A stretch of 63,984 nt of DNA, filler included, from Piptocephalis cylindrospora (Eukaryota): NCBI GenBank assembly GCA_003614145.1. It is 9 parts of 9 records of this genome, joined end to end, with 100 filler letters (N's around TTAATTAATTAA, not from the genome) between each part and the next. Parts side by side here need not be neighbours in the genome. Positions count along the whole stretch, not along the records: positions 7,365 to 14,624 come from KZ988219.1; positions 14,725 to 21,911 come from KZ988221.1; positions 22,012 to 29,185 come from KZ988222.1; 6 more parts are not named here. One strand, 5' to 3'. The translations under genes and the position numbers were made by a program. Shown piece by piece: positions 12,280 to 24,810 of this stretch. The notes beneath the pieces are model-generated. The model made no database searches. It was not told where the DNA came from and worked only from the letters and a program-made list of their open reading frames with translations. Within the stretch, counting starts at the first letter, position 1, and every line of letters begins with the position of its first letter.

Positions 12280-13290
12280 CTATGAAGATGAAGTGGACTG
12301 CCAATCCTCATGCCGATGAACCAGCTCTTCCACCAGGGGCTCCTCAATCTCCTCGGTTCCTGGGGCCAGGTCAATAGTATGAGAGGAGTATTGTGGATTG
12401 GAGGTGTACTCCGTAGAGGCGACTGGACTGATCAAGACGACGCGTTCCTTGCGGGTGTGAAGTAAATTGGCCACAACGACCTGATGACCATACCTAGCCA
12501 GAGCCTGCTGGGCCTTGGGGAGGAGCATTTTAGGGTCAGTCTCGAGTTTAAACGAGACAATATAGGAGGAAGTGGCCCAAGAATGGACGAGAATGGAAAG
12601 GAACTTAGGGACCTGGGTCATGGTCAGACTCAGAGACCCATCACCACTCTGAATCTTGTGTTGGGCCATTTCTTTGGTCGGGATAAAAAAATCCGAGACG
12701 GCAGCAGCTAGGTAATACATGACACGGGGACCTAGGGGGGCCAGAAGGAGAGCAGAAGCCCGTAGGCAATGTAGGTATTCGGAGACGGTGACAAAGTCTA
12801 ATAAAAGGAGTCGACGTTTGCTTTGGGCTTCACGGTAGCGGGTGAGGACCTGAAGCATCTCGGGCCTGTATTCATCGACCACCTGGATATTTTTCCCGTC
12901 CTCAGAAGGTCTCATGAAATCCAGGAAGCAGTGGGTAGAGTGCGAGTAGTGGCGAGAGTAGGGTAGAAGAGAGAAGCGTCGGTGGAGGAAGATGACGACA
13001 TAGCCTTGGGCAATAAAGTGTTCGGCGGATGTGGCACCCCGAGTTCCTGCGGAAAAGTTATCGATGAATCGGACAGTTTGGGTCTCCAGGGGAACGGTGG
13101 TACCCCCACTGGTGATGAGGACGATGGGTCGGGGGGATGAGGCATGAAAGTCCAAAAGGTCCTGGATACGGTCCTTGTAATTGTCTAGGAAAGGAGGAGT
13201 GGGATGATCTGCAAAGTACGAGTCGACCGACGATGTTGTTTCCGGAACCGTGGCAGCTTCGGTAGTCGAGGCGGTAGAGGCATTATGCAT
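12280..13290 (-). CDS. CAB2: Phosphopantothenate--cysteine ligase (CoA biosynthesis)
   Basis: VLITSGGTTVPLE..TVRFIDNFSAGTRGATSAEHF, YYLAAAVSDFFIP, HKIQS, VSFKLETD. Intronless; first ATG at 13290. Confidence 0.95.
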   Translation of the reverse strand: MHNASTASTTEAATVPETTSSVDSYFADHPTPPFLDNYKDRIQDLLDFHASSPRPIVLITSGGTTVPLETQTVRFIDNFSAGTRGATSAEHFIAQGYVVIFLHRRFSLLPYSRHYSHSTHCFLDFMRPSEDGKNIQVVDEYRPEMLQVLTRYREAQSKRRLLLLDFVTVSEYLHCLRASALLLAPLGPRVMYYLAAAVSDFFIPTKEMAQHKIQSGDGSLSLTMTQVPKFLSILVHSWATSSYIVSFKLETDPKMLLPKAQQALARYGHQVVVANLLHTRKERVVLISPVASTEYTSNPQYSSHTIDLAPGTEEIEEPLVEELVHRHEDWQSTSSS

Positions 13291-14459
13291 AGTGGGCACT
13301 GAATTGGGTGTTGGTCCGGAGAGGAGAGGAGGAGAATTGAGGATTGAGAATCGAGGCTGGGAAGAAAGAAAAGTAGGAGTACCTGGGACCCAAAAGGGGG
13401 GCGTTCACAAGCGGGTTTCACACAATGACATCCCTGGTCGATCTCGACACACTACAGCACCCTTTGCCATTTTCCTAGGCCATTATGATAGGAGCATAGA
13501 GCATACCCAGCATGAGGTGCAGAAGGGGAAAGGATGTATGCAGGGGTAGGGGACCATATCAGCTCTATGTATTGCCTACCTTGGGAATATCTCTGTCTCC
13601 TCCCCCCCCCCCCCTGGATTTACCCTGGTTTTTCCGTGACCAACAATAAAGACTTGCTATTATTATTGTCAGCGTGGCACCAGGAAACAATAAGAGGCCA
13701 TAGATGGGTGATTCATCCCTGTCTTTCCATCGCCAAGCAGGATAGAGGCGAGCAGCATCAGGTGCATCGATCACCCCGCGCCCTACGACCCCGGTAGGAT
13801 AAGTAACCCTTTGGGAAGGTGGGAGGGAGATGTGAATGTGTATGTTGACCTAGTTCATGACGGGTGACGCCAGGGTAGTGATTGTATGACCAACATGGAT
13901 GATCTGTTCAGAAATGGAATGGATTGCATCCATTCTACCCTTTCTTTGACTCCACCGGAATGGGTCATTACTGAAGTCATTCTTTTCTGGTTTGTGTATT
14001 TTATCAACATAAGAATGCATTTACCATTCACCAGGGAAAAAGTACATATCATTTCCATTCATGTCAGGAGAGCATAGTGTATATAGCGTATACACTTTCT
14101 TTTTTTGCACCCGCTTACCCGACCGAGCGAACATGGCCCAGGCAACCCACATCATTGCTCTCGCCTTCCTTAACGGTCATGGTTACACAGGAACATAGAT
14201 GTAACATGGGCAAGAGAGCACGTGAAGATGCGTGTGTTGGATGATTACGACCATTGGCCCTGGGCCATTCCAGCCATTAGACTTGTCTAGTCTGACCTCG
14301 GTCTCACTTTGAGACGCGTACTCCACAAGGAGCACTGCCCCCCCCCCTTCAGCCATGAGCCCTGGCCTCACAAGGCTTCAACAGCGCAGATATGGGGCAT
14401 GAGTGTGCGAGGGCTCAAAATGGGGCTCTTTCATCCCTTGAGAGAAAGGAAGTGTGTGT

Positions 14460-14490
<31 letters not shown>

Positions 14491-14624
14491 GGGGGGGTTT
14501 TGGGGGGGAGGAGAGGAGCATTGTTTTTTTTTTTTCTTCTTTTTTGTGGTGGAGGTAAGGAGGGGGGGGGTGTTGTTGTTGTGGGGGGGGGGTGGGCCCT
14601 TCCCCCTTGACCCACTCACATCCC

Positions 14625-14724
14625 NNNNNNNNNNNNNNNNNNNNNNNNNNNNNNNNNNNNNNNNNNNNTTAATTAATTAANNNNNNNNNNNNNNNNNNNN
14701 NNNNNNNNNNNNNNNNNNNNNNNN
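14625..14724. other. Synthetic contig-joining linker
   Basis: N44-TTAATTAATTAA-N44. Confidence 0.97.
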
Positions 14725-15078
14725 GAGTCTTTCCTTACTAAGCATTGTCAGCGGGAGGTTCATGAGTATGTCGACGCCATAAAACGATTAGAGCCAAGTA
14801 AAGCTGGCATTCCTATGGGAAGTATACTAGAGTATATGGAGATGATAATGATGCAGCTCTTTACCATTAAACCTAAAGAGGAGTTATCTGCGACACTGTA
14901 TGTCCAGGCCAACTTGCTGAGGTCGAGATCTTTTCGCATACTCAACAACCCGCTGATTGATCATACATATAATCCTACTTGGCCAATGAAGATTTGGAAC
15001 CCTGAACAGGATGTCGGAGCTCTAATGTCGGAAGTTCAAACCCCGTCCCTTCCCTTCTGGATGTGCCCAGGATCATAA
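14725..15078 (+). CDS. 3' fragment of an unknown protein, truncated at contig start
   Basis: Frame is open from the first base of the contig (ESFLTKHCQREVHEYVDAIKRLE...FWMCPGS-stop, 117 aa). No recognised domain. Confidence 0.35.
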   Translation, partial: ESFLTKHCQREVHEYVDAIKRLEPSKAGIPMGSILEYMEMIMMQLFTIKPKEELSATLYVQANLLRSRSFRILNNPLIDHTYNPTWPMKIWNPEQDVGALMSEVQTPSLPFWMCPGS

Positions 15079-15100
15079 TGCTAGAGGATCATAATGCTAG
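15069..15100. repeat. Perfect 16-bp tandem duplication (AGGATCATAATGCTAG x2)
   Basis: Read directly at 15069-15084 and 15085-15100; spans the stop codon of the preceding ORF. Confidence 0.9.
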
Positions 15101-15454
15101 AAGATCTAAATGAATCGGTTAGCCTCGGTGAGCTTTCCCTTCTCCTACCCCCTTTCTCTTCTGCTTATACCTCTTTTGTTGCACACCAGTTACTTTTTAA
15201 CGAACATCCAGGCTCATCCCCATCTTTCAGAAGACCGCATTGTACTCGCAAAGACTTTCCTGCTTTGCCGCCCCCGCCTTGCATATAATTCGCCTTCCCT
15301 TCCGCCTACACCTCTCTCACTACGTCTCATTTGCTTTTTGACGAATATTCCCAGATCCATCCTCATTCTTCAAAAGACTGCGGCTCGTAAAGGCTCCCCT
15401 CCAAGGCAGATCCCTCCTGCCTCAGCTCTCCCCGGCCCCAAAGCCGCTAGCCAC

Positions 15455-16735
15455 ATGCTTTTCTCCCTCATCCTCCTCTCCTCCCTTTCTCTTCATCTAT
15501 TCATGGGTAAAGGGCCGTCGGAAATTTCCTCCGGAAAGATTACCAGCTTTTTTCATTGAAAGATGTGAAATGCTCTGCCTATCTCCCACCTCACCTCAAA
15601 AAGAATACAGTGAGAATGGCCCCTATTCTTCCCCAACCTAGCGCCTTTGACAATTGCGGTTAGGATCGGATAAAGGCATGGGCAAAATGTTCACGCTACG
15701 TCCTGTTCAAGTTATATCCCATCCGTGGCTTTGGAAGGCTTTTCTCCTCTGCCCGATACAACAAATATCATGTACTTCATTGGGGCCATAGGGATCCTCG
15801 GTTAAAGGGACTCCTCAAAGCTTTCAAAGAGGACCCATCCCTTGGATTTAATGCCTTTGGTATTTTATTATCCGGTAAATGGTACCCATCTCCAGACAAG
15901 AAATCGTCGCCCAACAAGGTCTCCATCAAAAAATACCCAAAAAAGGGACATGTGTATTTTCCCGACGGTAAATGACCCGTTTTTTCTACCGTAAGGTCCT
16001 AAACACGACTGCTCCCCATTTAGTTGCTCCAGAAGAGGTGATTCGACCCATTGATGCTTACCTGGATGACCCTGGTCACTGGATCTTCGTCATGAAGAAA
16101 GCTGACGGGAACCTCTCCTATCTATTTAGGGACACAAATACCCTTAACCAGTTTGTTCAAGCTGTCGCGGTTCGTGATAAACCCATTCCCGAGATCCTCA
16201 TCAGGGAAGTATATAAAAAGCCCATCCAGACCATTGGTGCTCTCAACAAGGTTCGTATCATCCACTAGGACATCACAGACGATAACTTGCTCTACTCCTG
16301 CATTAATAGCCTCTGCCGCGTCATGATTGCCGATTTTGGTGTGGCTGCCCTTACGGATGCCGAATCGATGAAGTTGAACCTCATTGGAGCCCATGACGTA
16401 TTCTCCTCATTCTTTTTCGATCGAAAAAACATGGCATTTTCCCATCGAACAACCTTGGATGCGTACTCCATCATTGCATCCATTCGCAATGCCCTTCCCT
16501 ACCAAAAGAGCCCAAAGGCCTGATCCTCCATGGAGAGGGGCCCCTCACTCTCCAGATCTTCTCGGCTGGCGCAACATATGCGACAGGGATGGGATGAAAG
16601 TACCTTTGCCGAGCGTTCAATCTCTCCTGAAAAAAATGGGAGTCCAGCCCAAAGACCACAAATCAACTTGGCCCTCTTCTATCTGCCTGGTTTCGCACTC
16701 CATTACCGAAAGACCAAATCTCTTTTGGCAACTAG
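15455..16735 (+). pseudogene. Disrupted paralog of the signal-peptide protein kinase at 24811-26121
   Basis: Colinear similarity by eye: MLFSLILLSSLSL (signal), FSLKDVKCSAYL, DRIKAWAKCSRYV, VSIKKYPK, VIRPIDAYLDDPGHWIFVMKKADGNL, IIH*DITDDNLLYSC, VMIADFG, LDAYSIIASI, WESSPKT. In-frame stops at 15661, 16266 and 16521; frameshifts near 15550, 15972 and 16630. Confidence 0.85.
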
Positions 16736-18263
16736 ACAACCCGCGTCTACTTGAGCCATCGTGTTCAGCATACGAGGAGGACACTCCCCAGCTTGATGTA
16801 ATGTATGGGTTTTTGGATAAATTTACACGTAGCCTTTTTGCCTTATCTCTTGAACCACATGCTTTTCTGATCATCCCATGTCTTTTATGGGCTTTTACCC
16901 AGTCTAAACGCATTTGCCCCGTCCATTACGACCGTGAGTCAGTCCGGCGGGTCAACCCTCCCATTGAACTGATTAAACCGTACTACCTTGGAAAAGTAAT
17001 CGACGATAACATGTCAAGATGGAGTTTAGATCGGCTGCGAGATCGATCTATTTGGCGGGAATGATTAGGTTTGAGGCTCCCTTCAGTAAGCAGATTGGAT
17101 GTTCCGCTGATACTTTTTCAGCCATGTCAATGGGGAATAGTGGAATATTATGCTTGGAGAAGCTATGGTTAGTATCATACAATAATACCGGAGATATGCT
17201 GCTCCCTGCTGGATAAAGACGATGCATCCTCCTATCTGACCGCTTACGGCCTTTTCCGCAAGCGAATACACCTTGTCACTTCCCATATCCTCATATTATC
17301 TATCCAGTTCATTTAACACCTAATGGTTGAATCGACATGAAACATTTAGTGGATGTAATTGGTTTGGTATTTACTGCAGTCTATGAAAAATCTTTCTCAT
17401 TTCGTTGTAATGTGATCTCTATATGGCAATAGTGTATCAAACTGGTAACCATACTTTTTCCCAGTGTATACGCGACAGGGCAGGCGCTGTGTCTGAATAC
17501 CCATCAGCTTGTTACACTGAGAAAGGAGAAAAGAGTGTTCACTATCATAAATATATGAGAGTAGCAGTCTGCATCATCGGCTATGGTAGCAAATTCAATG
17601 AGGAAGGCGACGCTGTTCATCCATAGAGAATCTCTAGAGCGGGAAAAGGAATAAGGTTCCTATATTGATGTGGATGGTCATCTGTTCCCACAATGCATGT
17701 ACAAAGGGAAAAGGATGGGCTGGGCCGGACTGTCAGAGATGTGTGAAATAAGACGAGGTGAATCGGATCTTGTCTTGTTCCTCGTTGCTATGATTCTTGA
17801 ACTCCAATTGCAGACTGGTACTGAGGTGTCATTTGCGTTAAGACGTTAAGCACCTGACTACACAAGAGTATCATTGACTAAGGGGAAGGAAAGATCAGGA
17901 AGGCGACGAGGGACTTCCTATATCGCTGTCAGCGTCCGCACGCGTGCGCGCTGCGCTCCATTCTGTTGAGAACACTACTTATAATGTACACCTTAGCCAC
18001 CAGCAGCACCCCACCCGCCCCCTAAAAAATGGATGATTATCCAAGCCCCGCCGACATCATCGATTTTGGGGGGTGGCTCGTCTCACACGCGCACTGCCTC
18101 AGTCACCCCTAGATCTTCCCCCAAAAGCTTGAGAGGGGATGATACCACACTGCACCGTACGGGGGCCACGCTCACCCAGACATTCCTTCACACTCTCAAT
18201 CCTCCCCCCTCTTTCCCCCACCCCCATCCCTCCTCATCTTTTCCTTTCCTCCTCTTCAAAAGC

Positions 18264-19335
18264 ATGTCCGATACAATTACCGTTCAAATCAAAAGTGCTA
18301 GTGAGGCCAAACTTTCGGTGGAGATTCCCTCTACCGCGACCATCCGTGAGCTCAAGGAGGCCATCGAAGCCAAGGCCACCGATGCCCCTGCTGATCGTCA
18401 GAGACTTATATACTCTGGCAAGGTCCTCAAGGATACTGAAACCGTGGCTTCCTACAAGATCTTTACTGGACACACCGTGCACATGGTCAAGGGGCCTGCT
18501 AAGGGTAAGCGAGGGGAGCTGGAGATGCGTTGTTGGGATGTGAAGAGATATGTACTGATCCAGCTCCCTCACCCAATGTGTAGGCACCACCACCAACCGT
18601 CCGGCCTCCTCCGCTACAGCCACTACCACTTCCTCCTCCACCACCTCATCTAGTACTTCTGCAAATACTCAGTCAGCAACGAACCCATCGTCCTCCTCAG
18701 CTCCCGCAGACCCATTTGCTGCCATGGCTGGGCTGGCCGGCTCTGACCCGTCCTCCAACCCAATGGCTAGTCTAGGAGGAGGTCCTGGTGGAGGCATGGA
18801 TCCTTCAGCCATCCTCCAACTGATGCAAAACCCCGCTGTCGCTCAGGCTACATCAGCCATGATGCAAGATCCGGCTTTTGTCGAGGCTATGCTCGCTAAC
18901 CATCCCATGGGCTCAGACCCACATACCAGAGAGATGCTGCAATCGCCCATGTTCCAGCAGATGCTCTCTAATCCCGCCCTTCTCCAGGCCATGATGAGCA
19001 TGAGGGCTCCCCCCTCCGCTACGGACCCCTCTTCCACCGCCCCTACCTCCCAAGCAGCCCCTGACTCAGCCCAGATGGCCTCCCTGCTCGCTGCTATGGC
19101 CGGCGGAGGCGCTGGTGGTGCTGGAGGATTCCCCACCTCCTCTCCCCCCACCTCATCCAACTCCTCCGGCTCCCCCCCAGCTCCGTCTATCCCCCCGGAA
19201 GACAGGTACCAGGAACAGTTACGCCAGTTGAACGAGATGGGCTTCTGGGAGCCCCAGCGTAACATCCAGGCCCTTCAGCTGACTGGGGGCAATGTGAGTG
19301 CAGCTATCGAATGGCTCCTCTCCCATCCCTCCTAG
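18264..19335 (+). CDS. DSK2: Ubiquilin/Dsk2 ubiquitin shuttle (UBL-STI1-UBA); intron 18505-18583
   Basis: UBL domain ([12 protein letters not shown]...[29 protein letters not shown]), Met/Asn/Pro-rich STI1-like repeats (LMQNP, MMQDP, MLSNP), C-terminal UBA ([17 protein letters not shown]...[20 protein letters not shown]). Confidence 0.93.
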
Positions 19336-19603
19336 TTGCCCCTATCTTGTTTCTTCCTCGTGGATGAAGTAGTGCAATGGATTTGATCCGTTTTTCCCCT
19401 CTTCTGCAGACTAGCTCATTGAAGTGATTTAGGTGGGTCGTTATAAGGTATAAGTATGTCCTTTCATATATTCATTCCATTAGCACAACACCTTATTATT
19501 ACCTCCTTTATCCGTCCAACGATCCCCCCACTCATATCAGTATCTCCCATAAACACTCATCGTAAGCAACAACAGTACTCAGAAATCACACCTCATGCCC
19601 AAA

Positions 19604-21911
19604 TCACCTCGGATGGCCTCCATACCGGGATGATGATGCTGATGATGACACCTCATTTCCTCGGGACACCATGGTTATGGAGGGCTCGGCTAGGGGGGAG
19701 GAACCGGATCGACCCATCAGGCCCCCAGCCTTCTCAAGCCCCCTCCCATCCCGTACACTACTATGATAAGCCACTCCGTGACTAATCCCACGAATCCCCG
19801 TGACCGGAAGTGGAGGAGGAGCTGGTGATGAGGATGTAGAAGGGGTGGAAGTAGCGGTGGAAGAGGACGAGGAAACCGTGGAGCCCCTCCCATTGTCCAT
19901 CCCACTTAATCTCATCTTCCGTGTGGAGGAGGAGGCGGAAGGGGAGGAAGTATAAGTGGAAGGATGATCAGAGGATCGAATGCTGGCGACAGACCCAATC
20001 CTTCGACGAGGTGGTGGCGGCGGTAAGGGTAGGGGAGGCGGAGAGGTGGAGGTGGGGGAAGATGAGGCTGAGGCTGTGGTGATGGGCCGTCTGCCAGGGG
20101 ATGGCAAAGACTCAACCAAGGGTGGGGAATCCAGGGCATCCCCATCTCCCTTCATCCCTGCTCCATCCCGATGCCTCCTCATCCCGATGGCCAAGGCCAC
20201 ATCATCATCATCATCGTCATCATCATCGTCACTGTCTTCATTGTCGTCCATAGCATCGCCATCATTGGATCCTGATCTAGATCCAGGTGTGTTATACCCA
20301 TTTCTCATCCCCTCTGAGCCTCTACTCATGGGGGAAGAGGCGATGGGGGAAGAGGCAGTGGAGGCAATGGTGCCCCGACGAAAAGTTGCGTGAAGGGCAG
20401 CGGGTAACTTGGCTCTGACAGTATCCATGAAACTAGAGGCACGTGTCCTGGCGCGGTTGACTGGTACGCCCAAGCCATCCTCATCCGCATCCTCCTCCTG
20501 ATCACACCCACCATCAGCCCCCCACATAGGGGATGAGACCCCACCTCCCATGGACCATCCGGAAGGGGAAGACGGGAGCATCCCTGTGGAAGTCATGGAA
20601 GAATTGGAGAAGAAGGAACTCCCCCCACCCCCAACGGGGTCCCCTGGGGCTTCCATCGAGAGGGTAGGAGAGGTCAAGGGATTGGTAGAAGCATACGTGG
20701 AGGTGGTGGAGGCCAGGGAGGCCCTACCCCCGCCCAGAAGAGAAGGTGGAGGATGATGACCACTGATCCAGGATCGAATAGAGAGGTTGGACCGAGTGGC
20801 GGACCTCTCGGACCGGGCAACGGCGGCCAGTGACTCAGCCTCATCGGCTTCTCGAATCTCGTAAGCCTTGGCCAGGACGGTACCAACATCGTCAATAGGA
20901 TAATTTTGCAAAAGTTTCACATTATCAGCGAAACCCCCCTCGATCAGGGCATCCCGAACACAGAGGAGCATGGCGGTGCAAAAGTCAAGAAGAAAGGCAA
21001 ATCTCTCTTCCCCTTCAGTCCCTTCCTCCACCGGATCAAGGTGGGTCGGGGTGGAGGGATATGGGGTCTGGGATCCTGTAGGGTAATGGGAGGAGCCAAC
21101 GGTGGTGGCGGAGGAGGAGGAGGAGGAAGAGACGGAGGAGATAGAGGCAGCAAGGCCCAAAGGCGACCATAATGGTGCCCCCCCCCCCACGATCATCCCC
21201 CCCACCCAAGTTCTCGTCAGCGCCCAAGGGAAAGGTAGGGACAGGGGGATCGGGTATCCTAGGATGAAGGGGAGGGGGGTCCGAGATGACTGAATCCCAA
21301 AGACGGATCAAATCGGGCAACGGCCATTCTTGGGTACAGAGAACAGTGAGCCACCGGAAGGCATAGTAGGTGGAAGCGACTTGCTTACGTTGTAAGGAGG
21401 ACCAAAGCCCCGGGTCCCTTCGGGCTACCCTCCTTTCCAAACGACGTAAGGAAGCACCAATGCCACTTCCCGCATCCCCGTCCAAGGACCGAAGGAAATG
21501 GTCTCGTGCATCAGACATGAGGGCGGTAAAGCAAAAGAAAGCATCGGCCTCGGCATTGGCCCTACCCTTGGGGTCCGAGTCGGTGGCAAGGACATAGTAG
21601 ATGGGGCCAAGGACCTCGTTCATCCCCTGGACATAACCCACCCCAGGATTGAGCTTGGCGTAGAGGAACAGAATACGCTCCACAACCTCCCAATGCAGAT
21701 CAGGCCGTAAGGGAGGAGGGCCCAAGGGGCTAGGGTTGGAGGAGAAAGGGCTAGACGTACCCACGCCATGAACATCCCCAGACCCAGCCAGAAACCTCAC
21801 CCTATCCCAGACCCCTTGCCTCAGGGCCCTTTGAGCTGACATAGTGGAAGGGGAAGTGGGCGGGGTAAAGGGAAGTCTAAGGGAGGAGACGCGCCTTGGG
21901 ATAGGGGAGGC
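19604..21911 (-). CDS. TBC1D13-like Rab GTPase-activating protein, 5'-truncated, apparent frameshift in a G-run near 21180-21205
   Basis: HWEVVERILFLYAKLNPGVGYVQGMNEVLGPIYYV, AEADAFFCFTALMS, YYAFRWLTVLCTQEWPLPDLIRLWDS. The second frame continues with RFAFLLDFCTAMLLCVRDALIEGGFADNVKLLQNYP, then a long Ser-rich tail. Confidence 0.85.
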
Positions 21912-22011
21912 NNNNNNNNNNNNNNNNNNNNNNNNNNNNNNNNNNNNNNNNNNNNTTAATTAATTAANNNNNNNNNNNNNNNNNNNNNNNNNNNNNNNNN
22001 NNNNNNNNNNN
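21912..22011. other. Synthetic contig-joining linker
   Basis: N44-TTAATTAATTAA-N44. Confidence 0.97.
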
Positions 22012-22759
22012 AGTACAGGACGCAGATGGGCAAAGAGAGGGAAGATGGGAGCAAGGAGCGGTGGGGAGGAGGTACAGGGAGTCTATGGCGGGAATCGGAA
22101 GTGAGGGAGGGCGAGGGTGCATCTCCATTGCACAACACTCTCCAGCATTCATCTGGGGTTGGTCCAAAGGGGGTAGGGGAGGGGGAGGGGACACAAGGCA
22201 CATCAGCGCCTCTGCAAGCCCATAAGGTTGGCTAAGGGGCTCCGTAATGTTCCGCACACCAAGTAGCACACACACGCGTCTCCCCTCTCTTCCTTCCTGG
22301 TCGTAACAGCAGCGTCCCCCCCCACACACACAGCAGACTGCCCAAAGGCTGGTCCAGTCGGAGTGGGTCGACAAGTAGCGTGTCCTACTCCTCCTTTCCC
22401 CCGCAACCCCCCACCTTGAGCGACCTAGTCTCCAGTCTCATTGAATCCGATTATAAAAAGATTCGGCTAGTTGACCGCCGTATTCCCAACGCACTTTCCC
22501 TCACCCATTCCCTCCAGAGCTCCCCCTCACTGTCTCGTCCCCATCCCCACCGCCAGGTCGTCCTTGGACCCTGACCTTCTCTTTCTCTCTCGCTCTTTTC
22601 TTTCTCCCCCTTCCTCCCTTCCTCTCCCCCACACAGACCTTCCTTTCCCCTCACCCTCATCCTCGTCCTTGCTCACTTCTTTCTGTTTTGGCTTCCCGCA
22701 TCACCATTCCAAGTTTCTGCAAAGCATTCACCTTTCACCCAGCAACCAACTAACTAACC

Positions 22760-24438
<1,679 letters not shown>

Positions 24439-24810
24439 GCTTTTGACGTGAGAGGAGAAGAGGTCGGTTAAAAGGATGCTTATCTATAGACATGAGTAAT
24501 CGTTCCTTTTTGCTACACACACTAGGGGTCGGGTGAATGGACGGATGTATTGTTATCCATGGGCTTTGAGGGCCCAGGGGGAAAGGAGAGGGTGTCTTAT
24601 TCGTCAGGGTAGAGATGACATGGTGCGATGGTGTGTCTGGTCATATCCTCCAGTAAAAGGGCAATACATGCTACTTTTCAAATTGAGACAGGGTAGATGG
24701 ACTGGGGGCGGGGCCTGCTAGAGTAGAGCTGAAGGCGTATCCAAGCTCATTGTATCCTAAGCGAATGAAAGGTCAAGAGTCATCCTCATCCCCCTTTACC
24801 GACGGATGAC

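Noticed and set aside
7627..13290. Methylmalonyl-CoA mutase and CAB2 on one contig as a possible CoA gene cluster
   Set aside because: Separated by TFA2, convergent orientation, no other pathway genes; chance adjacency is sufficient.
14450..14624. GT/G/T homopolymer stretch with apparent poly-Gly/Pro/Phe ORFs
   Set aside because: Low-quality contig end after a (GT)n run; ORFs are compositional artefacts.
16263..16271. TAG in place of the HRD Arg as possible stop-codon recoding or A-to-I editing rescue
   Set aside because: The same gene also has frameshifts, other stops and a deletion; editing would give Trp, not Arg; TAG is a normal stop in other genes here (e.g. DSK2).
16384..17064. 226-aa ORF as an independent gene
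   Set aside because: First half overlaps the kinase pseudogene out of frame, the start is non-ATG, and the rest has no recognisable motif; at most another decayed remnant.
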